A stretch of 64,000 nucleotides of DNA from Mobula birostris (Eukaryota): contig NC_092380.1 in the NCBI RefSeq assembly GCF_030028105.1, positions 102,787,899-102,851,898 on the forward strand. The letters are read 5' to 3'. Position numbers and translations under genes: made by a program. The notes beneath the pieces are model-generated. The model was given only the letters and a program-made list of their open reading frames with translations, was not told the origin of the DNA and made no database searches. This document shows positions 1 to 9,769 of this stretch, in pieces; position 1 is the stretch's first letter, and every line of letters begins with the position of its first letter.

Positions 1-185
1 CAAGTCATTACGTACATTTAAGGCAGAGGTTGATAGATTCTTGAGTGGTCAGGGCTAAAGGGATATGGTGGGGGCTGAGGCAGGAGATTGGGACTGAGGA
101 AAACTGGATCAGCCATGATGAAACGGTGGTGCAGACTCAATGGGCCAAATGGCCTAATTCTGCTCCTATATCTTAGAGTCTTATA
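1..185 (+). mobile_element. CR1-clade (HER-like) LINE 3' end
   Basis: tttaaggcagaggttgatagattcttg...aattctgctcctatatctt. The same tail recurs at about 19.5, 37.6 and 63.9 kb. Confidence 0.75.
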
Positions 186-249
186 GTCTAAAAGATGAAT
201 AAGGATGGGTAATTAGTAGTCCTGGTAATGAGTAGAAAATTGATTTTCC

Positions 250-1135
250 AAGTTCAAATTAAATTTATTATCAAAGTACATGTCACCATTTACAACCCTG
301 AGATTAATTTTCTTGTGGGCATGCTCAATAAATCCATAAAAGAATAATAACCATAATAGAATAAGTGAAAGACTGAACAAGCGGGGCATTCAACCAGTGT
401 GTAAAAACAGCAAACTGTTTAAATACCAAAAGAAAGAAATAATAATAAGTAAATAAGCAGTAACTAACGAGAACATGAGATGAGGAGTCCTTGAAAGTAA
501 GTCCATCGGTTGTGGGAGCATTTCAATGATGTGGTAAATGACGCTGAGTGAAGTTATTCCCATAGTATATGTCACTATGTGCTAACTTGAGATTCACTTT
601 TTTGCAGGCATTTACAAAAAAAAAGAAATACAATAGAATTTATGAAAAACTATACAAAAGACTGACAAACAACCAATGTACAAAAGAAGACAAATTATGT
701 AAATTTTTTAAATAAATATATAAAATACTGAGAACGTGAGTTGTAGAGTCTTTGAAAGTGAGTCCATAGGCTGTGGAGTCAGTTCATTGTTGAGGTATGT
801 GAAGTTATCCGTGCTGATTCGGAAGCCTGATGTTTGAGGAGTAATAGCTGTTCCTGAACCGGGTGGTGTGGGACCCCAAGCTCCTGTATCTCCTTCTTGA
901 TGGCAGCAGCAAGAAGAGAGCTTGGCCTAGGTGATGAGGGTGCCTGATGATGGATGCTGCTTCCTTGTGGCAGCGCTCCTTGTAAATTTAGTCAATGGTG
1001 GGGAAGGCTTAGCCTGTGATGGACTGGGCTGTATCCACCATTTTCTGTAGCCTTTTCCATTCCGGTGCTTTGGTGTTTCCATACCAGGCTGTGATGCAAT
1101 CAGTCCACTTTGCATCTATAGAGGTTTGTCAAAGT
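250..1135 (-). mobile_element. Rex1/Babar LINE 3' fragments
   Basis: Same RT C-terminus and 3' UTR as the copies at 18.4-19.0 kb and 10.6-11.2 kb. Confidence 0.7.
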
Positions 1136-1208
1136 TTTTTGTCATGGGGTATACCATGAGTATGAACAGGTTGGTCCTAACTTGGGCAATTAATCAGAAC
1201 ATTTCCAG

Positions 1209-1291
1209 CTGCCATGTTTTTGGAACACTAGAAAAAGTGTCAAATGTGGCTGAATTATGGGTGGGATCTTGCTTGGTTTGAAGAGGATCAG
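1209..1291 (+). pseudogene. Degenerate duplicate of ANO1 exon 1914-1996 (pseudo-exon)
   Basis: 73/83 nt identical with no indels. atttccag acceptor and gttag donor retained. TGG>TAG stop at 1229-1231. Confidence 0.92.
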
Positions 1292-1570
1292 GTTAGCATG
1301 GAAGTGTAGTGGTTAGCAGAACGCTTTACAGTACCAGCAATATGGGTTCAACTCCTGCCACTGCCTGTAAGGAGTTTGTATGTTCTCCACGTGAATGCAT
1401 GGGCATCCTCCAGATACTCCAGTTTCCTCTTACAAGACAAAGATGTACTGGTTGGTAGGTTAATTGGACATGGTAAATTGTCCTGTGGTTATGCTAGAAT
1501 TAAATCAGGGGATTGCTGGGCGGCACAGATCGAAGGCCAGAAGGGTCTATCCCACACTATATCTTATTAA
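1292..1570 (+). mobile_element. tRNA-derived V-SINE (HE1-like)
   Basis: tRNA head (gtagtggttagc...gggttcaactcc) plus V-domain (ggagtttgtatgttctcc...ggttaattgg). Further copies at about 2741-3025, 16020-16260, 20490-20775, 28465-28805, 29795-30040, 53500-53755 and 60420-60630. Confidence 0.8.
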
Positions 1571-1913
1571 ATGAGTGTTAATGGTGACCGGAGACTGGAG
1601 TTTATGACAGAGACCATCAATGCTATCCATGGTCTCACTGAGATAACAGCTGCAGAATGAAAATCCTTCCTTGTATCTCTATCTACATCTAAGCATCCGT
1701 CACATATCATGATTTTGGCATGGCAAACGATCTACAGTGTCTACAAGTGAAGGGCACTTTTATCCCCCAAAGTCAGTACACTGTTGTGTAGGAATGTGGA
1801 GAAATTATTTTAAGAAATTCTTTATATTTAAAAAGACTCATTACTTTGTAGTCATTTTAATTTATTGCTGGAAAAATAATGATCATTTTGATAAAAGCCA
1901 ATTTTATTTCCAG

Positions 1914-1996
1914 CTGCCATGTTCTTGGAACACTGGAAAAGGTGCCAAATGAGGCTGAATTATAGGTGGGATCTTACTGGATTTGAAGAGGATGAG
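1914..1996 (+). CDS. ANO1: Anoctamin-1 coding exon (83 nt): (A)[27 protein letters not shown]
   Basis: ttccag|CT...GAT GAG|gttag. Matches recalled mammalian ANO1 [28 protein letters not shown]. Ends in phase 0. Confidence 0.95.
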
Positions 1997-2113
1997 GTTA
2001 GATTTTTAAGATTCATTCCTTAAAAATCCCTAAATTTTCATTGAACAATATTTTGCCATTAATTTTTGCCATTAATAACACTTCTTTCTTCTTCTGTTGC
2101 CGTCGGCCTGAAG

Positions 2114-2125
2114 GAACGATTAAAG
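2114..2125 (+). CDS. ANO1: ANO1 12-nt microexon (segment c equivalent), ERLK
   Basis: Pyrimidine tract then ctgaag|GAA CGA TTA AAG|gtttgg. Phase 0-0, between the EEDE and DHPR exons, where mammalian EAVK lies. Confidence 0.85.
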
Positions 2126-2484
2126 GTTTGGATTTTTTTTTAATTAACTCCTGTACATCTTTCTGAAGCTTGCCTAATTATGATGTTTCTGTTGCTGTAT
2201 TGGTGCTGGGTGGGGGGAGGGGCTGGGATTAATCCAATACAATTTTATGTTACGCTTCGGAGCTTTTACCTTTTCTTTCTACATGTTGTATTGTCAAACT
2301 AAATCACACGTGCCATAATAGAGGATTCCTCATCGAACTACTCAGTACTTGTACTTGCCTGCCATAAATGCCTCTTTCTATTTCATCCCAGGTGCAAAAA
2401 TGACTCTTCCAAATTTGGTGATTTTATGCTAATTAGAAGCTGGAAAGCCCAAAAGATCTTTTAGTCATTTAAGGTAGTTGTATA

Positions 2485-3325
2485 CATTCATTGGCCAATT
2501 TATTATTAGTTACTTCCTGTACCTAATAATGTGGCCACTGAGTGGATATTCCATGGTCTTCTACTGCTGTAGCCGGTCCACTTCAAGCTTTGACATGTTG
2601 TGGGTTCAGAAATGCTCTTCTGCACACCGGTGTTGTAACATGCAGTTACTTGAGTTGCAGTCGCCTTCCTGTCAGCTTGAACCAGTCTGGCCGTTCTCCT
2701 GTGGCCTCTGTCATTAACAAGGTGTTGTCACCCACAGAACTTGGGCGCCACGGTAGTGTGGCAGTTAACACGAGGCTATTGCAGCATCGGGCATTGCATT
2801 TCCACATTCAATCCCACCGTCCTCTGTAAAGAGTCTCTGTACGTCCTCCCATGGAATGTATGGGTTTTCTCCGGGTGCTCCTGTTTACTCTTGCAATCTA
2901 CAGAGGTATGGCTAGGTTAACTCGTCATTGTAAATTGTCCCATGACTAAGTTAAGTTTAAATCAAGGTTGTTGGGAGTTTCTGGGCGGAAGGGCCTATTC
3001 TACGCTGTCACTCTAAATAAATAAACTGCAACTCACTGGATTTTTTTTTTGTTTTTACACCATTCTCTGTAAACTCTAGAGGCTACTGTGCGTGAAAATC
3101 CCAGGAGATCAGTAGTTTCTAGGATTCTCAAATCACCCCATTTGGCACCATCAACATTACATTTCTTCCCCACTCTGATGTTTGGTCTGAACAACAAATG
3201 AACCTCCTGTCTGTCTGTCTGTATCTTGTTTTACAGCGGTTGGCATCCAGCTTAATGGTGCATTACCGCCACCCTCTGCTCCAGAATGTGCACTAGACAT
3301 ACATTCTAAATCCCTTCACCCAATC

Positions 3326-3363
<38 letters not shown>

Positions 3364-3623
3364 CTACACTTCACCCTCCCATCTTTGACCATCCTAGTAT
3401 CCTATTCCTGTTTATTCGTCATAGTCTATAAAAAACCCCTGTACCCCTTAAAAATGCTAAAAATACCCGGACTTGTGCTCTCTCACCCATGCCCAGCAAA
3501 ATGAACCTCCTGACCATGTCTGCATGTCTTTATGCATTTGATTGCTGCCACATGATTGGCTGATTAGATATTTGCATTAATGAGCAGGTGTACAGTTATA
3601 CCTAATAAAGTGGCCACTGATTG
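2485..3623 (-). mobile_element. Non-autonomous Tc1/mariner element with nested V-SINE and LINE tail
   Basis: TA-flanked TIRs related to CACTCAGTGGCCACTTTATTAGGTAC. Same family as 8785-9346. Confidence 0.85.
3210..3498 (-). mobile_element. 5'-truncated LINE 3' end (Nimb/I-group-like) with internal (CA)n
   Basis: Perfect 14-bp TSD aaatgaacctcctg (3196-3209, 3499-3512). (ACAG)n tail. GGTGGCGGTAATGCAC motif recalled from fish Nimb 3' UTRs. Confidence 0.7.
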
Positions 3624-4210
3624 TATTTGAGATGTTTTATAAATGAAGACTAGTAAATAAAATGTTTAGTTCAGAGTCATTTTTAGTACGGTGGTAACTC
3701 GAAAAGTTTACTTTTAACATTTTTGGTCATCTTAAACCTCCATTTCCTTTATTGCAGGCAGTTTTGCAATTTAGACCACTATCTTGATTGTGTTTTTAGT
3801 CTCTGTCCGATGGTAAATGATAGCTGCAGTGTGCTTTCCCACAAAACCACCTGACAATTGTCTGCCTCTATTCTTGGTAAAGATTGGGGAAATTCAGCAT
3901 CCAATAGATATGAGCCTGAATTTCTATCCCCACTTCAAAAGAAACAAGTATATTGGCATTCCAAAAAAATGTGAGATTTCTGGAGGTGGCATTTGTTGGC
4001 AGTCATACAAGTTAACTGTGTTAGTGTCGAGAAAATGTTCTTGTATTGGGGAAACAAAAGGTTTATTGCTCAATGGGTTAATTGGGTAAATGTTTGGGTA
4101 CTCTTACAAACATTATGTAAATACTAAGTTGATTCTTGATATTGATATATATTTGTATGTTCTCAAAAGTAATCAAACTTAAGGTTCAAGTTTATAACAT
4201 TTTGATAGTT

Positions 4211-4770
4211 CATAAGACCATAAGTTATTGGAGCAGAATTAGGCCATTTAGCCCAAGGAGTCTGCTCCACCATTCCATCATGGCTGATTTATTATTTTGC
4301 TCAATGCCATTCTCCTAACTTCAACTTGTAACCTTTGACGCCCTTACTAAGCACGAGCCTGTCAACTTCTGCTTTAAGTATACCCAATGACCTCCACAGC
4401 TGTCTGTGGCAATGAACTCCAGAGATTCACCATCCTCTGGCTAAAGAAATTCCTCCTCACCTCCTCATTCTTTCTCGTCCTTGTATTGTGAAGTTGTGCT
4501 CTTTTTTCCTTAACTCCCCCACAATTGGAAGTATCCTCTCCATGTCCATTCTATGCAGGTTATTCAATATTTGATGGGTTTCAATGAGATCTCCCTTCGT
4601 TCATCTAAACTCCAGCAAGTACAGGCCCAGAGCCATCAAACGCTCCACATACATTAACATTTTCATTCCTGGGATCATTCTTGTGGCACCGCTGTGGACT
4701 GTCTCCAATGCCAACACATCCTTTCTCAGATCATGGCCCAACACAGCACACGACTCTCCAGTACTCCTGT
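4211..4770 (-). mobile_element. CR1 LINE 3' fragment
   Basis: ORF 4601..4795 has LRKDVLALETV...TRMIPGMK, the CR1 RT C-terminus. Confidence 0.85.
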
Positions 4771-4932
4771 AATGATGTTTTCTGCATAAGGGCAAGAGAA
4801 AATATGGATTTTTTCTAGCAAAGTTTAACTGAGTAAAAAGCAGTTGAGCTTTGAATAACTTATATTAAATGTAGCTTTTTAATTATGGCTAATGTTTCTG
4901 CTGACTGTTTTCTTCCCTTTTGAAATAAACAG

Positions 4933-5007
4933 GATCATCCACGTCCTGAGTATGAGGCTAGAGTTCTGAGTAAAGTTTTGAAAAAAGAGCTTCAAAAGAA
5001 AGAAGAG
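4933..5007 (+). CDS. ANO1: ANO1 exon (75 nt): DHPRPEYEARVLSKVLKKELQKKEE
   Basis: aacag|GAT...GAG|gtatag. Matches ANO1 DHPRAEYEARVLEKSLKKE. Confidence 0.95.
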
Positions 5008-5712
5008 GTATAGATAAGCCTTCAATGTAAATAACACTTACTTTTAGCTAAAGACCCAAATTATTCTTTGTTGTTTTTTGAGCAACACACACAAAATGCT
5101 GGAGGAGCTTGGCAAGTCGGGCAGTTTTATTCCCTTCCATAGCTGCTGCCTGATTTATTGAGTTCCTCCAGCACTTTGTGTGTGTGTTCAAGATTTCCAT
5201 TTCCTGCAGAATCTCTTGTGTTTATGTTCTGCATTTTTTTTAAATTTTTGTACTCGTTCATTTTTTGTAATTTTCCCCAAAATTCAGTCTTACTGGATGT
5301 ATATATTGATGGGCTTTATTAAGTTAATGTTTGGGCACTAGTCCATGTAATTGTTGGTTTTACTCCTGCATCTGGGATTATGTGTTAAATAGAGTATCTT
5401 TGATGGTAACACAAGATTAAGGAATTACCGAGATTGACCTTGCTAATGACTGCTAAAAGGGGAACATCTATACTCTTGTTAATCCAAGGTGCTTTTTGAT
5501 GATTAAAACACAATAGAAATGAATGGAAGAGATATCATGTAATTAACTCCATCAAGTTTGAGGCTGTTCCTGGGTTTCAAGGTGATTTTCAGCATTTCCC
5601 TAATGCAATGAAATAGACAATAACGTTCACTTTATATTGAATCCCTAATGTTAGTTTATATTGATATGTTTAACACTCTGCCTGTATGGGCCTTTTCTCT
5701 ACCTGACCTCAG

Positions 5713-5790
5713 AAGGCAGCAGAAGGCGTGGAGGAACAGCCAAACAAATGGAAAAACAGAGTTTTGAATGCCATGGCTGGGGTGAAATTG
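5713..5790 (+). CDS. ANO1: ANO1 segment-d exon (78 nt): KAAEGVEEQPNKWKNRVLNAMAGVKL
   Basis: ctcag|AAG...TTG|gtacc. 26 aa, same length as mammalian KRRHIPEESTNKWKQRVKTAMAGVKL. Overlaps ORF 5728..5967. Confidence 0.92.
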
Positions 5791-7994
5791 GTACCAGTTG
5801 AAAATAAAACTTTCTTGTTTATTTTTCAAAGTTTGTTTAGAAGGACATGGAGCCATTTGTTTTTTTTAATTATAGTTGCCATGTGCACACCTAAATGTGC
5901 AATTTATTGTCATAAAGTACACTCGTTATTTCAATTGTGCATTATGTCAATAAACTTGCTCATTTAATTTTCTGACAATTGATTAACCAAGTGGAAAAGA
6001 AAATGCTTTCTTCAATTTAGAGCTGATGAATATTATGCTGGATTGTCTGATTGATTATCAATGTTCTCAAAGTATTGAATAAACACAACTGAGAGATGGT
6101 ATCTCACCATAATGTCTTCTGCTTTTTTTTTCCAAAAATTCTTTATCATTACATTAGCTGGAAAAGTTGTTCCCCAGATAAATCTATCCAAATTTTTAAT
6201 GAAATTACTTGGAAGTGGCACATGCAATTTAAAGTGGCAGTCTTTCTCAACAAGCTAATAGATATTGTATTGCCAAACTTAGTCACTTTATTAAAAGCAT
6301 CCGATAGTTGGTAAAGCGATGCATTAGAATGGCTGTGCATGTCATATTTGTTAAAGGCACTCTAATTCAGTTTTGTTTTCAGCCACCTTAGTATGGTTAT
6401 CACTGTGCATGTGATTAGTGACTTTTGTGCACCATGTGACTTATCCTGTGATGCTTAACAAGTAGCAAATAGTTCTAGCAGCTGTAGTCAATCAGGGCAT
6501 TAATGTGCTAAGCTTCTAGTTTTGAAGTTTGTCCTTATGAAATATTTCCCATTGATAATGACCAACTGATTTAATTCATGTTCACTTTGTAAGGACTCCT
6601 AAGCAAGATCTGGAATTATATAATTAATAAGTTTAGCTTACAAAGAATGTTTTTAAAGTAATTGGGTGTTTGAGGGCCCAACCACTCAGCAGCCAAGCTA
6701 CTTTGCAAAGAGGCTACTTGCATTCATTTAGTTCAAAATGTGATTGACTTTTATTCGTCAGCCTCACGTGTGATGGGCAGTCTTAATTTAGTCTTGGTTG
6801 TGACCTCTGTGCTGACAATTATTGATTTTAAAAAAAGATTTAAAATAAAAATTGTTAAATTAGGTTATTACTGTTGCAAGTACCAAAGCACAGTGTAAAA
6901 CATTAGATTTGCACATCATGCAAATAGATCATTTCAACATATCAGTACATTGAGGTAGTACAGGAGAAAGCAGAATATTCAGTTATCAGTGCAGCCAGAC
7001 CATATCACGATGAGGTAGATTGTGAGGATCCATCTTACTGTAAATAAAAACACCTTCAGAACGGACACAAGGAAGACATCAGGAAACCTTTTTTTCCATA
7101 TGTGGTAGATAAAACTAGAGGATGTGGATTTAGGGTGAGAGATTTTGAGGAAGCCTGAGGGAGTCCTTTTTTTTTAAACACGAGTGGTGAGCACATAGTA
7201 TGCGCTGCTGGGGAGTGATTGAAACGGAATCACTGACATTATTTAGCATGAGGACTTGAACCTTGCGTCACTGAAGGCGACAGAGCCGGTGTTTCAAAAT
7301 GACAGATAAATACAAATGGGTGCCCACCTTATCATTGTGAACACAGTGGGCCCCGTGGTCCATGCTGTTTGACTCTCCACACCCTGATTCCTGATTGGCA
7401 AGCTAAATGTTACTAAAAGTAATCTTTTTTTTAGGAGGGCTCAGGGTATCAGATAACGCTTGAATAATAAGACATAAAAGGGCCAGTGATCTCAAACCCA
7501 TGTTCAGGATGAGCATGGAATGAGCATGTAAGGAGCAACGAATTCTGACTGGGCTTACGCCGTGTAGAAAAATGAAAGGTCATTTCACTAAAACGTAGAC
7601 CATTCTCTCCGTTGTCATGAAGGCATTGACGCAGGGTTGTACTTCCCTTCACGTGGATCTTTACACCAATGGACCAGGGTCCCATTAAGGTTTCCGCCAT
7701 TCAGGATGGTAACAGCAGAAACATCCTCTTCCACAGGAGGCTGAATCATTAGAAACCTCTACCGTAGTTGTTGTGAGAGCTCGGTTGCTGACTGTATTCA
7801 ATATACAGATTGAGATGTTTTTGGGTTTCAAAGGGGTCAAGAGGTGTGTTAGTGAAGCAAAATGGCACCAGGTAAGAGGTCAACCCTGATTCTTATGGAA
7901 TGGAGGAATAAATGGCCCCTTAATCATGTTTTCTTTGTACTAATATTCTCTTCTTTCATCTCCAACCTTAAAACTGGCCATCCTTTTCACAGCT

Positions 7995-8765
7995 CCCTAT
8001 AATCAGATGCTGGGGAGGCTAGTGCTCAAGATGGAGTTGGCTGAGTTTGCAAATTTCTGTCGTTTTTTTTCCGATCCTGTGCAATGGCCCCTCCATACCA
8101 GATGGCGACGCACCCAGTTAGAATGCTTTCCATGGTACATCTGTAAAACTTTGTCAGAGTCTTTGTACCAGGTCTCCTCAAACTCCTAATGAAATGTAGC
8201 CGTTGTCGTGCCTTCTTTATAAATATATCAATATATTGGGCCTAGGATAGATCTTCTGAGATGTTGATACTAAGGAACTTGAAATTACTCTCCCTTTCCA
8301 CTGCTGATCCTTTGTTGAGAACAGGTTTGTGTCCCCTCAATTTCCCCTTCATGAAGTCCATAAGCAATCCCTTGGTCTTTCTGATGTTGAGTACAAGATT
8401 GTTATTGCAACACCACTCAACCAGCTGATCTAGCTCACTCCTGTACACCACCTCATCACCTTCTAAAATTCTGCCAGCAATAGTTGTGTCATCAGAAAAT
8501 TTATAGGTGGTGTTTTGAACTGTGCCCAGCCACAGAGTCAGGTGTAGAGAGAGGGAAAGTAAAGCAGTGGGCTAAACATGCATCCTTAAAGTGCACCAGT
8601 ATTGATTGCCAGAGAGGAGATGTTATTTCTGATCCACACTGACTGTGGTTTGACAATGAGGAAGTCAAGCATCCAGTTGCAGAGTGGGGAGGTACAGAGA
8701 CCCAGATTTTGGAGCTTGTTGATTAGTTCTGAGGGTATGATGGTGTTAAATGCTGACTGAACATG
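7995..8765 (-). mobile_element. Rex1/Babar LINE RT fragment
   Basis: [15 protein letters not shown]...LCNWMLDFL and YRSELDQLVEWCCNNNLVLNIRKTK motifs. Confidence 0.88.
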
Positions 8766-8784
8766 TTTATGTTGAATACACATA

Positions 8785-9346
8785 CACTCAGTGGCCACTT
8801 TATTAGGTACCTCTTGTACTGAATAAAATGGCCACTAAGTATATGTTCATGGTCTTTGGCTGCTGCAGACTGTCCACGTCAAGGTTCAGCTGGTTGTGCA
8901 TTCAGAGATGCTCTTCTGCACACCTCTGTTGCAAAGCGTGATCATTTGATTTACTGTCAACTTCCTGTCAGCTTGAACCAGTCTGGCCATTCTTCTCTCA
9001 CCTCTCTTATCAATGAGCTGTTTTTGCCTACAGAACTGCCACTTACTGGTTGTTTTTTTTCCGCACCATCCTCTGTAAGCTCTAGAGGCTGTGCGTAAAA
9101 ATTCCAGGAGATTTGCAGTTTCTGAGATACTTAAACTACCACTTCTGGCAGCAACAATCATTCCTTGGTTAAAGTCACTTAGATCATATTTCTTCTCCAT
9201 CCTGATGTTTGGTCTGAACAACAACTGAACCTCTTGACCATTTCTGCATGTTTTTATGCATTGAGTTGCTGCCACATGATTGGCTGATTAGATATTTGCA
9301 TTAACGAGCAGGTATACAGGTGAACCTCATAAAGTGGCCACTGATG
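8785..9346 (-). mobile_element. Internally deleted Tc1 transposon keeping the N-terminal paired-like HTH
   Basis: TIRs present. ORF 8886..9275 has MEKKYDLSDFNQGMIVAAR...SISETANLL...RRMARLVQADRK. No DDE domain. Confidence 0.9.
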
Positions 9347-9769
9347 TTAGAAGACCACATATTTGTGAAGAATTATACGTTGATTAACTTTTTTTAGTGG
9401 TGTGTGTGCACTATTTCAAAAGCCAGTCTCAATATCTATTGTATCTTGTCACCTTGTGTCTGCTAATGTAAAGGAAAATTAAGCTTTGTTCCCCTTTTTG
9501 TTTCCAATTGACCCAAGGCACCTGGTTGCTGGGAGTCCAGTTTGAATTTTTGATTCTTTCATTGAATTTTCAATGTGTTCAATAATACAGACCTTGGTAA
9601 AAGCTTAGAAATTGGATGAACTGTCCATTTTGTACATACAGCTTGTCTGTAAACCTATGTCAATGGAACTATATATGTATCGGTTTCTTGAAAACAAACC
9701 AAAAACTGCTCAGAGACTGCATGGGGGGGTGGGTGCTGACACTGTATGACATGCTTTTAAAATAATGAT

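Noticed and set aside
1297-1365. tRNA genes (also near 2745, 16200 and 19890)
   Set aside because: These are SINE heads with A/B boxes that run straight into SINE bodies and do not form a cloverleaf.
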